In this document: piece by piece, positions 7,811-15,511 of the stretch
How positions within the stretch are numbered: the stretch's first letter is position 1
Layout of the letters: every line of letters begins with the position of its first letter
From: a virus
Lineage: Duplodnaviria > Heunggongvirae > Uroviricota > Caudoviricetes
Strand: one strand, 5' to 3'
DNA: 18,232 nucleotides
Virus record (IMG/VR): IMGVR_UViG_2698536647_000012
Made by a program: the position numbers and the translations under genes
The notes under the pieces: generated by a model
Database searches by the model: none
Seen by the model: only the letters and a program-made list of their open reading frames with translations
Told to the model about the DNA's origin: nothing

Positions 7811-8039
7811 TTTATGTTTCCATTCATTATAACCAGAAACATCTTAACATAATGATTCGAAATAAAAACCGCTACGAGATAGGGGGACATTTTGCTGACA
7901 GTAGCAACAAATCTCAGCTAACAACGAGAATATTTACTGAAATATGCAAACAGATTTGGCGTTCTTATAGAGAATTTAGTGCAATATCTAATCCGAGTGG
8001 TATAAATCTTAACCTTCGCTCCCTTAAGTCGTAGATAAA

Positions 8040-8729
8040 TTAACCATGCTTCCTGTACGTCTGCGGCATGCTTCCAATGACCTTACCGAATATGAACACC
8101 CGGTTCATCTCGTCTTTCTCGATCGGGTCCCACGGCGAGTAGCTCTTGTTATCAGAGATAACCAGCAGCTTATCCTTCATCATTTGAAGACGTTTTACAT
8201 GGGCAGTGTCGTCGTACAGAAACGCATAGATGCCATCACCGTCGAAAGATTTAACAGTGATATCAACGAACAGCAGGTCACCTGGTTCGATCGTCCCTGA
8301 CATGCTGTCACCTCGCACGTTAATGATGCGGATATTTTCCGCCTTCCTGCCATCGAACATGTGACGAGCATCGTCAAACGAGTACTCAACCGAGCGTAGA
8401 ACTTCTACAAACTCACGGTTGATTACACCTGGCCCGGCACTGACTTCTATATCAAGAACGTCAATTTTGAAGTATTTGGAATGGCTGACAGTTGATTGTA
8501 TTGGTTGCACTGTACTGTCTGACATATTTCCAACGCCAGAAGATAACCATTCTGCGCGTACACCCAAAGCGTTCGCGATCTCCACGATTTTAGTTGTTTG
8601 GTTAGCTTTCCCTGTTTCGATTTTCTGAATAGCAGCCTGGCTAACCCCGACCAAATCCCCAAGCGCCTTTTGTGTAAGGCCTCGCGCTAATCTGGCTTCT
8701 TTAAGTCTTTCTGAGAGTGTTGTTTTCAT
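8040..8729 (-). CDS. CI-type prophage repressor (N-terminal XRE HTH plus C-terminal S24 LexA-like autopeptidase)
   Basis: 229-aa ORF. HTH segment (LTQKALGDLVGVSQAAIQKIETGK). S24 catalytic motif GDSM (VRGDSMSGTIEPGDLLFVD) and a downstream Lys (AHVKRL). Divergent from the cro-like gene across an operator/promoter region. Confidence 0.9.
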   Translation of the reverse strand: MKTTLSERLKEARLARGLTQKALGDLVGVSQAAIQKIETGKANQTTKIVEIANALGVRAEWLSSGVGNMSDSTVQPIQSTVSHSKYFKIDVLDIEVSAGPGVINREFVEVLRSVEYSFDDARHMFDGRKAENIRIINVRGDSMSGTIEPGDLLFVDITVKSFDGDGIYAFLYDDTAHVKRLQMMKDKLLVISDNKSYSPWDPIEKDEMNRVFIFGKVIGSMPQTYRKHG

Positions 8730-8770
8730 AGATCAAATGTACAACCAAGGTTTTATTTCATCAAACGAAA

Positions 8771-8806
8771 ATGGTTGTTGACTAAAAACAACCATAGTTT
8801 TAATCT
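8771..8806 (+). promoter_or_regulatory. OR/pR: palindromic operator ATGGTTGTTGACTAAAAACAACCAT overlapping -35 TTGACT, 17-bp spacer, -10 TAATCT
   Basis: Perfect 25-bp palindrome with GTTGTT/AACAAC half-sites covering a near-consensus sigma70 promoter aimed at the cro-like gene (start 8834, SD GGAGG). Confidence 0.65.
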
Positions 8807-8833
8807 TGATTCGGATTAACCACGGAGGTTGTT

Positions 8834-9064
8834 ATGAACCCAGCAATCAAAACAGCGATCAATATCGTTGGTTCACAAAAGAAACTAGGCGATGCCTGCG
8901 AAGTTTCACAGCAGGCCGTCTATAAGTGGCTTCACAACAAAGCAAAGGTATCCCCTGAACATGTCGGCAGCATTGTTACGGCTACTGGTGGAGTTGTGAA
9001 GGCATACCAGATTCGCCCGGATCTTCCGAAGTTGTTTCCACACACCGAAAAGAACGCAGCTTAA
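8834..9064 (+). CDS. Cro-like HTH regulator of the YdaS family
   Basis: 76-aa ORF (MNPAIKTAINIVGSQKKLGDACEVSQQAVYKWL...), first gene of the rightward operon with a strong SD; resembles Rac-prophage YdaS-type Cro proteins. Confidence 0.75.
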   Translation: MNPAIKTAINIVGSQKKLGDACEVSQQAVYKWLHNKAKVSPEHVGSIVTATGGVVKAYQIRPDLPKLFPHTEKNAA

Positions 9065-9076
9065 ATTTCCATTTCA

Positions 9077-9088
9077 CGCTCTTTAACA
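9077..9088 (+). promoter_or_regulatory. boxA-like element (CGCTCTTTAACA) downstream of cro, candidate nutR
   Basis: 12-mer matching the lambdoid boxA consensus (CGCTCTT(T)A) in the cro to cII-position intergenic region. No clean boxB hairpin was found next to it. Confidence 0.4.
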
Positions 9089-9133
9089 ATAAGCAATCAA
9101 CTTAACAGTCAATTCAAACTAAAGGAGTCAATT

Positions 9134-9673
9134 ATGCAACCACTTACATACCAACAGACTAGCGGATTTATTCCGACTGCGGTGATAAATCGTTCTCAAA
9201 CAAAACAAGCTCCAGGCCACGAAAAAATCCGTGATGCCGTCCGCGCCTGGTCGGCTGTAGATAATCAGGATGTCGTTGCCGCACTCATTGTGAATGAGTA
9301 TCGGGAGCAGGGCGACGGCACCATCGATTTCCCTGATGATGTCAGCCGTGCACGCCAGAAGCTGTTCCGCTTCCTCGATAACAAATTCGATTCTGAAAAA
9401 TACCGAAATAACGTGCGTGAACTGACCCCGGCAATTCTGGCGGTACTACCGCTGGAATATCGCGGTTACCTGGTTGAGCAGGATAGCTTCATGGTTAGGT
9501 TGGCTGAAATGGAAAAGGAACTCAGTGAGGCAAAACAGGCTGTCATTCTCAACGCACCACGCCACCAGAAACTGAAGGAAATTAGTGAAGGTATTGTGTC
9601 GATGTTTCGTGTGGACCCAGATCTGGCTGGTCCATTGATGGCGATGGTTACTACCATGCTGGGGGCGATATGA
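9134..9673 (+). CDS. YdaT-like protein in the cII position
   Basis: 179-aa ORF with good SD (AAAGGAG). Central segment (ELTPAILAVLPLEYRGYL) resembles Rac-prophage YdaT, which follows the YdaS-type Cro. Confidence 0.6.
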   Translation: MQPLTYQQTSGFIPTAVINRSQTKQAPGHEKIRDAVRAWSAVDNQDVVAALIVNEYREQGDGTIDFPDDVSRARQKLFRFLDNKFDSEKYRNNVRELTPAILAVLPLEYRGYLVEQDSFMVRLAEMEKELSEAKQAVILNAPRHQKLKEISEGIVSMFRVDPDLAGPLMAMVTTMLGAI

Positions 9674-9759
9674 CAGGTTCAGAAATGGCGAAAGCCGGTC
9701 TGCTGGAACAGAACCGACTTTCAGGTGCAAATCGTAACACACTCATTGCGGGAGGAATT

Positions 9760-10689
9760 ATGGCAAACACTGCTGAGATATTCAATTTTCCAGTGCCGGA
9801 TGCGGCACAAAAGGAGCCGCGCGTGGCAGATCTCGATGATGGTTATACGCGCATTGCAAATGAGTTGCTGGAAGCTGTGATGCTGGCCGGATTAACACAG
9901 CACCAGCTTCTGGTCTTCCTGGCTGTCATGCGCAAAACATATGGCTTTAATAAAAAACTGGATTGGGTGAGCAACGAGCAACTGTCCGGATTGACCGGGA
10001 TATTACCGCACAAGTGTTCTGCTGCAAAAAGTGTTCTGGTAAAGCGTGGGATTTTGATTCAGAGCGGGCGGAATATCGGTATTAATAATGTGGTCAGTGA
10101 ATGGTCAACATTACCCGAATCAGGTAAGAAAAATAAAGTTTACCTGAAAGAGGTAAATTTACCTGAATCAGGTAAGAAAAGTTTACCCAAATCAGGTAAA
10201 GGCGTTTACCCGAATCAGGTAAACACAAAAGACAAACTAACAAAAGACAATATAAAACCTTTTTCGTCCGAGAATTCTGGCGAATCCTCTGACCAACCAG
10301 AAAACGATCTTCCTGTGGTGAAACCAGATGCTGCAATTCAGAGCGGCAGCAAGTGGGGGACAGCAGAAGACCTGACCGCCGCAGAGTGGATGTTTGACAT
10401 GGTGAAGACCATCGCACCATCAGCCAGAAAACCGAATTTTGCAGGGTGGGCTAACGATATCCGCCTGATGCGTGAACGTGACGGACGTAACCACCGCGAC
10501 ATGTGCGTGCTTTTCCGCTGGGCATGCCAGGACAACTTCTGGTCCGGTAACGTGCTAAGTCCGGCCAAACTCCGCGACAAGTGGACCCAACTCGAAATCA
10601 ACCGTAACAAGCAACAGGCAGGCATGATAGCCAGCAAACCAAAACTCGACCTGACAAACACTGACTGGATTTACGGGGTGGATTTATGA
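9760..10689 (+). CDS. O: Replication initiator O (lambda O family; contains the origin iterons)
   Basis: N-terminal region (MANTAEIFNF...VADLDDGYTRIANELLEA...RKTYGFNK...NISEW) is clearly homologous to lambda O. The track ORF starts at 9670, but the ATG at 9760 has a GGAGG SD and aligns with the lambda O start. Iterons and an AT-rich tract lie inside the gene, as for ori-lambda. Confidence 0.85.
   Translation: MANTAEIFNFPVPDAAQKEPRVADLDDGYTRIANELLEAVMLAGLTQHQLLVFLAVMRKTYGFNKKLDWVSNEQLSGLTGILPHKCSAAKSVLVKRGILIQSGRNIGINNVVSEWSTLPESGKKNKVYLKEVNLPESGKKSLPKSGKGVYPNQVNTKDKLTKDNIKPFSSENSGESSDQPENDLPVVKPDAAIQSGSKWGTAEDLTAAEWMFDMVKTIAPSARKPNFAGWANDIRLMRERDGRNHRDMCVLFRWACQDNFWSGNVLSPAKLRDKWTQLEINRNKQQAGMIASKPKLDLTNTDWIYGVDL
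10111..10222. repeat. Origin iterons: about five copies of the palindromic 17-mer TTACC(C/T)(G/A)AATCAGGTAA at roughly 23-24 bp spacing, followed by an AT-rich tract (to about 10260)
   Basis: Copies read at about 10111, 10140 (degenerate), 10159, 10183 and 10206, inside the O coding region, which also encodes a repeated LPESGKK peptide. Followed by aaacacaaaagacaaactaacaaaagacaatataaaacc. Confidence 0.8.
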
Positions 10690-11387
10690 AAAACATCGCC
10701 GCACAGATGGTTAACTTTGACCGTGAGCAGATGCGTCGGATCGCCAACAACATGCCGGAACAGTACGACGAAAAGCCGCAGGTACAGCAGGTAGCGCAGA
10801 TCATCAACGGTGTGTTCAGCCAGTTACTGGCAACTTTCCCGGCGAGCCTGGCTAACCGTGACCAGAATGAACTGAACGAAATCCGCCGCCAGTGGGTTCT
10901 GGCTTTCCGGGAAAACGGGATCACCACAATGGAACAGGTTAACGCAGGAATGCGCGTAGCCCGTCGGCAGAATCGACCATTCCTGCCATCACCCGGGCAG
11001 TTTGTTGCCTGGTGCCGGGAAGAAGCATCCGTTACCGCCGGGCTGCCAAACGCCAGCGAGCTGGTTGATATGGTTTACGAGTATTGCCGGAAACGTGGCC
11101 TGTATCCGGATGCAGAGTCTTATCCGTGGAAATCGAACGCGCATTACTGGTTGGTTACCAACTTGTACCAGAACATGCGGGCCAATGCGCTGACTGACGC
11201 GGAATTACGGCGCAAGGCTGCCGATGAACTGACCTGTATGACAGCGCGAATTAACCGTGGTGAGACGATACCTGAACCAGTAAAACAACTTCCTGTTATG
11301 GGCGGTAGACCTCTAAATCGTGCACAGGCTCTGGCGAAGATCGCAGAAATTAAAGCTAAGTTCGGACTGAAAGGAGCAAGTGTATGA
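10686..11387 (+). CDS. P: Replication protein P (DnaB helicase loader)
   Basis: 233-aa ORF recognised as lambda P along its full length; start overlaps the O stop. Confidence 0.95.
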   Translation: MKNIAAQMVNFDREQMRRIANNMPEQYDEKPQVQQVAQIINGVFSQLLATFPASLANRDQNELNEIRRQWVLAFRENGITTMEQVNAGMRVARRQNRPFLPSPGQFVAWCREEASVTAGLPNASELVDMVYEYCRKRGLYPDAESYPWKSNAHYWLVTNLYQNMRANALTDAELRRKAADELTCMTARINRGETIPEPVKQLPVMGGRPLNRAQALAKIAEIKAKFGLKGASV

Positions 11388-11563
11388 CGGGCAAAGAGGC
11401 AATTATTCATTACCTGGGGACGCATAAGAGCTTCTGTGCACAGGACGTTGCCGCGGTAACAGGCGCAACCGTAACCAGCATAAATCAGGCTGCGGCTAAA
11501 ATGGCGCGGGCAGGAATCTTAGTCATTGATGGTAAGGTCTGGCGAACGGTATGTTATTTTTAA
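11384..11563 (+). CDS. ren: Ren, C-terminally truncated (59 aa; homology lost after ...GKVWRTV)
   Basis: ATG overlaps the P stop (ATGA), SD AAGGAG. N-terminal 57 residues match lambda Ren as recalled; the ORF then stops 2 codons later where the AT-rich island begins. Confidence 0.65.
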   Translation: MTGKEAIIHYLGTHKSFCAQDVAAVTGATVTSINQAAAKMARAGILVIDGKVWRTVCYF

Positions 11564-11887
11564 TAATAGAAAACGTATGGGAGCTTAAATCCTTGTATAT
11601 GAAATTTATTACCGTCGCCCTACGGTTAAATCATGAAAATTTATATAAAAATGAATGTTCGTAATTGCATATTTAATATGATGACCTCGTGTTGACTATT
11701 ATAAATTATAGGTGTGTAAGATGTTTAAAGTAGATGAGGTGATTAATATCGATTCCTTACTATATATTCAAGCCCTGTGATTAAGCGATGTACTGAATGC
11801 TTGTAGGAAGGTTGTATATTATATAGTGTTTAAAATTATGGTGCTACAATTGTTTATGGCGTTTTGCAATCATGCGAAAACCTATGA

Positions 11888-11916
11888 TTGACAATTGTTA
11901 CTGAGTCTTGTAAGAA
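11888..11916 (+). promoter_or_regulatory. Candidate sigma70 promoter for the NACHT NTPase gene (-35 TTGACA, 17-bp spacer, -10 TAAGAA)
   Basis: Consensus -35 hexamer with 17-bp spacing to an A/T-rich -10-like hexamer in the AT-rich leader. Confidence 0.35.
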
Positions 11917-11951
11917 TGCACCACGTATTGGTTAATGAATGTGGTGAAAAA

Positions 11952-13847
11952 ATGGATGAGTTTCTTGCGACTATTATTAATAGCACAGTAGGAAAAGCTG
12001 CGGAAAAAATAACAGAAGTATTGCTCTCTAAACCTTGGGCTAGGGACCTAGATGAAGGCAAGGTTATACTCGAACAATTAAATGATCCCCTCGGAAGAGA
12101 AAATTATTTAAGAAAGCATGTGCTACCATCTCTGAAAATGAGAACTTTGCACAACGCTGATTATGATATTTTTTTAGATGATATTTATTATCCGTTAACT
12201 GTTGAGGTGGCATCTAATAAAGACAAGGTCGTTATAAAAGATGGGGTCACTTTACCATTTCATGGTATTGTAAATATAGTCGGTATAGCGGGGCAAGGGA
12301 AAAGTACTATTTTACGCAAGTTGTTTAGCGAGGAAATAAAAAAATCAGAACGGATGCCTTTTTTTATTGAATTAAGAAGGGTGAAGAATGCAAATATTAT
12401 TGCTTATCTGGCAGACATTCTTAATTCATTTGGTGTGGGGTGTTCAGAGGATAGCTTGAAAATATTACTGCAATCCCAAAGAGTCGTTTTAATGTTGGAT
12501 GGATTTGATGAGGTTAAACATGAAGAGCGAACTATGATGATGAATGAAATAAAAAACATTCATTATCATTTTAACACACCAATTATCGCAACAACGAGAC
12601 CAAATACAGATATATGTTATACTACTGATGTGTATAATATTTTTATAGATAAGCTAAATATTTCTGATAAGATTTGTATTCTTCATTCTTTATCGAAAAA
12701 TGACAGATTCTCAAGTAGTGATGCCTCGTTTAAAGTCTTGGCGGATTTACTATGTGATAAAGAAGAACTTGAGGGAACTATTTGCAATCCAATTTTAGTT
12801 ACTCTTTTGTATTATTGTTATCCTTATATGAATGATATTCCAAATAATATAATAGAGTTTTATCGAAGCCTCTTTGACACCTTATATGCAAGGCATGATA
12901 AAATAAAAGTATATACGCGCGAGAAAAAATCAAACATTATTGGTGAAAAAGCTAAATTGTGTTTTTCAGCTATTTGCTATAACGCACTGATTGAGGAGAA
13001 ATTTGAGTTTTGGGGAGAGGAGTTGCTTAGATATGCTGAAGATGCTATTGAAACAGAAGGTTATCTTAAAGAAGATGCATCAAACTTTATAGATGATCTT
13101 ATTGAGATAACTTGCCTTATCCAACCTGAGGGAAATAATAGGTATGTTTTTCTGCATAAATCAGTGCAAGAATTTTATGCTGCTTTTGCGGTAGCAAATT
13201 TACCGATTGAGTATAAAAAAGATATATACGAAAATCTTATGGTGGCTATTAAATGCTCTGAACAGTTAGATAACTTCATGTTGTTTTTACATTCACTAGA
13301 TTCCAAAGCATTTATAGATGAAATCACAATAAAAGCTTCTCGTGATATGGGGGTTGTAGATGTCGCAAACATGACGAGAGAGAGAGTTGAGAATGTTTTT
13401 GACTCGGCACTAAGTAGAGTATTTATCAAAGGCAACTCGACATCGAATGACTCAGTGATTTCGCTTCATTACGACTTTGTATTAGGTTCGCTCTTAGGTA
13501 TTGATATTCTACCTATAATGTCTGGAAAAGAACGAGTTCCTATGACAGAAATTGATTTGATTTTTGACGACCTTTTTTCATGCACGATGGATAAGGGTGA
13601 GTTAAACTTATACAAATTTGAAGTTAAAAAACAAAAAAATAATATTGATACTGATGTTCAGACTGATGATTATTTATTTCCCTTGGTGGATTATCTTAAG
13701 GTCAGGGGGGTTTATGGTTTGATGCTGGATACTTACCATCAGACAATTAAGGATTTTTATGATAGATATTATCAACCAGCTTATGATTCGAATCTTCGAA
13801 GAACACTAGCAATGGGAAGAAATTTCAAGTTAAAGAAAAATAATTAA
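11952..13847 (+). CDS. NACHT-type STAND NTPase (bacterial NLR-like protein), candidate anti-phage defence protein
   Basis: Walker A GIAGQGKST; Walker B of the NACHT type (VVLMLDGFDEV); sensor-1-like IIATTRP; NPxL-type segment (CNPILVTLL); winged-helix signature YVFLHKSVQEFYAAF. Start placed at the second in-frame ATG (MDEFLAT...); the track ORF begins at a TTG at 11895. Sits in a visibly AT-rich island. Confidence 0.85.
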   Translation: MDEFLATIINSTVGKAAEKITEVLLSKPWARDLDEGKVILEQLNDPLGRENYLRKHVLPSLKMRTLHNADYDIFLDDIYYPLTVEVASNKDKVVIKDGVTLPFHGIVNIVGIAGQGKSTILRKLFSEEIKKSERMPFFIELRRVKNANIIAYLADILNSFGVGCSEDSLKILLQSQRVVLMLDGFDEVKHEERTMMMNEIKNIHYHFNTPIIATTRPNTDICYTTDVYNIFIDKLNISDKICILHSLSKNDRFSSSDASFKVLADLLCDKEELEGTICNPILVTLLYYCYPYMNDIPNNIIEFYRSLFDTLYARHDKIKVYTREKKSNIIGEKAKLCFSAICYNALIEEKFEFWGEELLRYAEDAIETEGYLKEDASNFIDDLIEITCLIQPEGNNRYVFLHKSVQEFYAAFAVANLPIEYKKDIYENLMVAIKCSEQLDNFMLFLHSLDSKAFIDEITIKASRDMGVVDVANMTRERVENVFDSALSRVFIKGNSTSNDSVISLHYDFVLGSLLGIDILPIMSGKERVPMTEIDLIFDDLFSCTMDKGELNLYKFEVKKQKNNIDTDVQTDDYLFPLVDYLKVRGVYGLMLDTYHQTIKDFYDRYYQPAYDSNLRRTLAMGRNFKLKKNN

Positions 13848-13931
13848 ATTGATAGTTACAAAGAGACAGCTAATTATAAGTTTCTAACAGTTGAAAAATT
13901 AATTGTAAGTAGGCAATATTAATAAGCCGGA

Positions 13932-14029
13932 GCCTGAACAACTCCGGTGACTTCTGCGCTAAACGGGGACGTTTATGCGCACATACAATCCAACCTATCT
14001 TCTCCATTCACAGATGCAGAAATGCACCT
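13932..14029. repeat. Copy A of a ~100-bp bipartite repeat (conserved ends GCCTGAACA.C.C.GGTGACTTCTGCGC and CACAGATGCAGAAATGCACCT, variable middle)
   Basis: Both conserved blocks recur about 1.48 kb downstream with the same spacing (about 77-78 bp). Confidence 0.6.
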
Positions 14030-14281
14030 ACGATTTTTTACATTCGGTGTTTTACTTCGACAGCCAGAATTGGGAGTCTCTATTCGTCTGGCGGCTAAAG
14101 GTGATATGGAAATCGTTATGTTTTGGCCTGAGGTAGTTGTAACTGTTGTAGCAGCTATGGCTGTGATCATCATGGTGTCCATTTACTGGGGTTGACGACA
14201 TGATTTATCTGGGGATATATTCTGTGCGTTGCCGCAAAATCGGCACACGGGATTGGCGTCCCGGAATACTACTCAACGCAT

Positions 14282-14303
14282 ACCGCGTTAAGCGGTTTTT
14301 TTA
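14282..14303 (+). terminator. Candidate intrinsic terminator (ACCGC-gttaa-GCGGT then T7)
   Basis: 5-bp stem and 5-nt loop followed by TTTTTTT on the plus strand, upstream of the Roi-like gene. Confidence 0.4.
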
Positions 14304-14458
14304 TGCGCTAAGCACGGCTACGCCCAAATTATGGTGGGCTGTGTGAGGGCTTCTTCGGGAGCGCCGGATTTGAGTAGCCGGTTACGCCAACCTTGCACAG
14401 TTCACCACCAGTCGATTGGCGTCGTTGGTGGTGATGGTTAACCTGATGAGGTGAAACT

Positions 14459-15073
14459 ATGACTACTCAATTAGCATTCCACAAAACGACGTTTACCCCA
14501 ATTTGCCACAATAACAGAATTTGGCTTACTGCCACTGAAGTTGGTTTAGCTCTGGAATATGCGGACGATAAAGCAGTTCAGCGCATTTACTCTCGTCACT
14601 CAGATGAATTTACAGATATGATGACAAGGGTGGTCAAAGTGACCACCCCTCGTGGAATGCAGGACTCTCGAGTATTTAGCCTTCGCGGAGCCCATTTGAT
14701 CGCCATGTTTGCACGAACTCCTGTAGCCAAAGAGTTCCGCCGCTGGGTTCTGGATATTCTCGATCGAGAAGTTCAACAATCCCCGATCACAAAACAATTC
14801 ACTGATAACGAACTTTGCACACTTGCTTGGTTATGGCGAGCTGGGGATGCGATGTTAACCGCCTGCCAGAACGTTACTCCTCTTCTTCAGGTTGCGGAGC
14901 ATCGTGAAGCTGGTCGCTTCACTTCCATCGAGCAAGAATATCCCCAGATACTCACCAGAGCGCGAGCAATCCTCGCCAGAGAAACGGCACATGTAAAATT
15001 CCAGCCGTGGCAGGATGATAAGTGGAGTCGAGTATTGCCACATTTGCGTCAGAATGTTATTAAACAACGTTAG
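14459..15073 (+). CDS. Bro-N domain protein (Roi / antirepressor-like DNA-binding protein)
   Basis: 204-aa ORF with Bro-N-type N-terminal features (RIWLTATEVGLALEY..., ...FRRWVLDIL). SD GAGGTGA upstream. Position between the replication and nin genes, as for HK022 roi. Confidence 0.65.
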   Translation: MTTQLAFHKTTFTPICHNNRIWLTATEVGLALEYADDKAVQRIYSRHSDEFTDMMTRVVKVTTPRGMQDSRVFSLRGAHLIAMFARTPVAKEFRRWVLDILDREVQQSPITKQFTDNELCTLAWLWRAGDAMLTACQNVTPLLQVAEHREAGRFTSIEQEYPQILTRARAILARETAHVKFQPWQDDKWSRVLPHLRQNVIKQR

Positions 15074-15132
15074 CTACTGTGTCTCTCCAATTTAGCTAAC
15101 ATATGGATTCATAAGAAAAAGGAGCTTTTGCC

Positions 15133-15384
15133 ATGATGTCCTTCACCAAATGTAAATTAATGCACAGCCATAAAACTAGCGTAAATGCAGCGCTCTTGGA
15201 CGATACGAAATTAGTTGTAGAGAGGGATCTCCATTTTCTTCGTGAGTTATACATATCAAGCCCAGAAGAATTTGTCGGACATTGGGTTTATGCAAATGAG
15301 CCAATATTTCATGAACATCCACTGTCTGTTGGCCTTTCTGGTATTGTCTATCACAAGGTTATTGATGAAATTGAAAAATCATAA
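15133..15384 (+). CDS. Hypothetical protein (83 aa)
   Basis: ATG with SD AAGGAG about 8 nt upstream; same strand and context as the Roi-like gene. No family recognised. Confidence 0.5.
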   Translation: MMSFTKCKLMHSHKTSVNAALLDDTKLVVERDLHFLRELYISSPEEFVGHWVYANEPIFHEHPLSVGLSGIVYHKVIDEIEKS

Positions 15385-15412
15385 TCAATAAGCAATAATA
15401 CCGTCACCGTTG

Positions 15413-15511
15413 GCCTGAACACCCTGCGGTGACTTCTGCGCATATGATTGGGAAATTATATGCGACCACAAGTTAAACTCCTCGCCTTGCCACAGATGCA
15501 GAAATGCACCT
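15413..15511. repeat. Copy B of the ~100-bp bipartite repeat
   Basis: GCCTGAACACCCTGCGGTGACTTCTGCGC ... CACAGATGCAGAAATGCACCT; matches copy A at both ends with a divergent middle. Confidence 0.6.

Noticed and set aside
7777-8034. Plus-strand 85-aa ORF in the repressor-lipoprotein intergenic region
   Set aside because: No SD, overlaps the lipoprotein start on the opposite strand, AT-rich low-complexity translation; more likely regulatory DNA.
8046-8662. ORFs antisense to or out of frame with the repressor gene (84, 64, 69 and 71 aa)
   Set aside because: Overlap a gene with clear HTH and S24 motifs; spurious.
9446-9742. Minus-strand ORFs (98 and 63 aa) inside the YdaT-like gene
   Set aside because: Antisense overlaps without start signals.
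10111-10222. Regularly spaced repeats as a CRISPR array
   Set aside because: The repeats are palindromic 17-mers with only about 6-7 bp between them, lie inside the O coding frame, and are followed by an AT-rich tract; this is the ori-iteron arrangement, not CRISPR.
10094-11425. Minus-strand and alternative-frame ORFs within O and P (108, 107, 109, 63 and 93 aa)
   Set aside because: Antisense to lambda-type O and P, which are strongly supported; translations are Cys/Arg/Ser-rich artefacts.
13175-13435. Minus-strand 86-aa ORF inside the NACHT gene
   Set aside because: Antisense within an AT-rich coding region where random ORFs are frequent.
13947-14195. GTG-initiated 82-aa ORF and antisense 69-aa ORF (13973..14182) as full-length genes
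   Set aside because: The 5' part is the nucleotide-conserved repeat copy A, which is not conserved as protein in copy B; only the terminal 29-codon hydrophobic ORF has a start context, and it is reported as a low-confidence finding.
14600-15067. Minus-strand ORFs of 65 and 70 aa inside the Roi-like gene
   Set aside because: Antisense overlaps; spurious.
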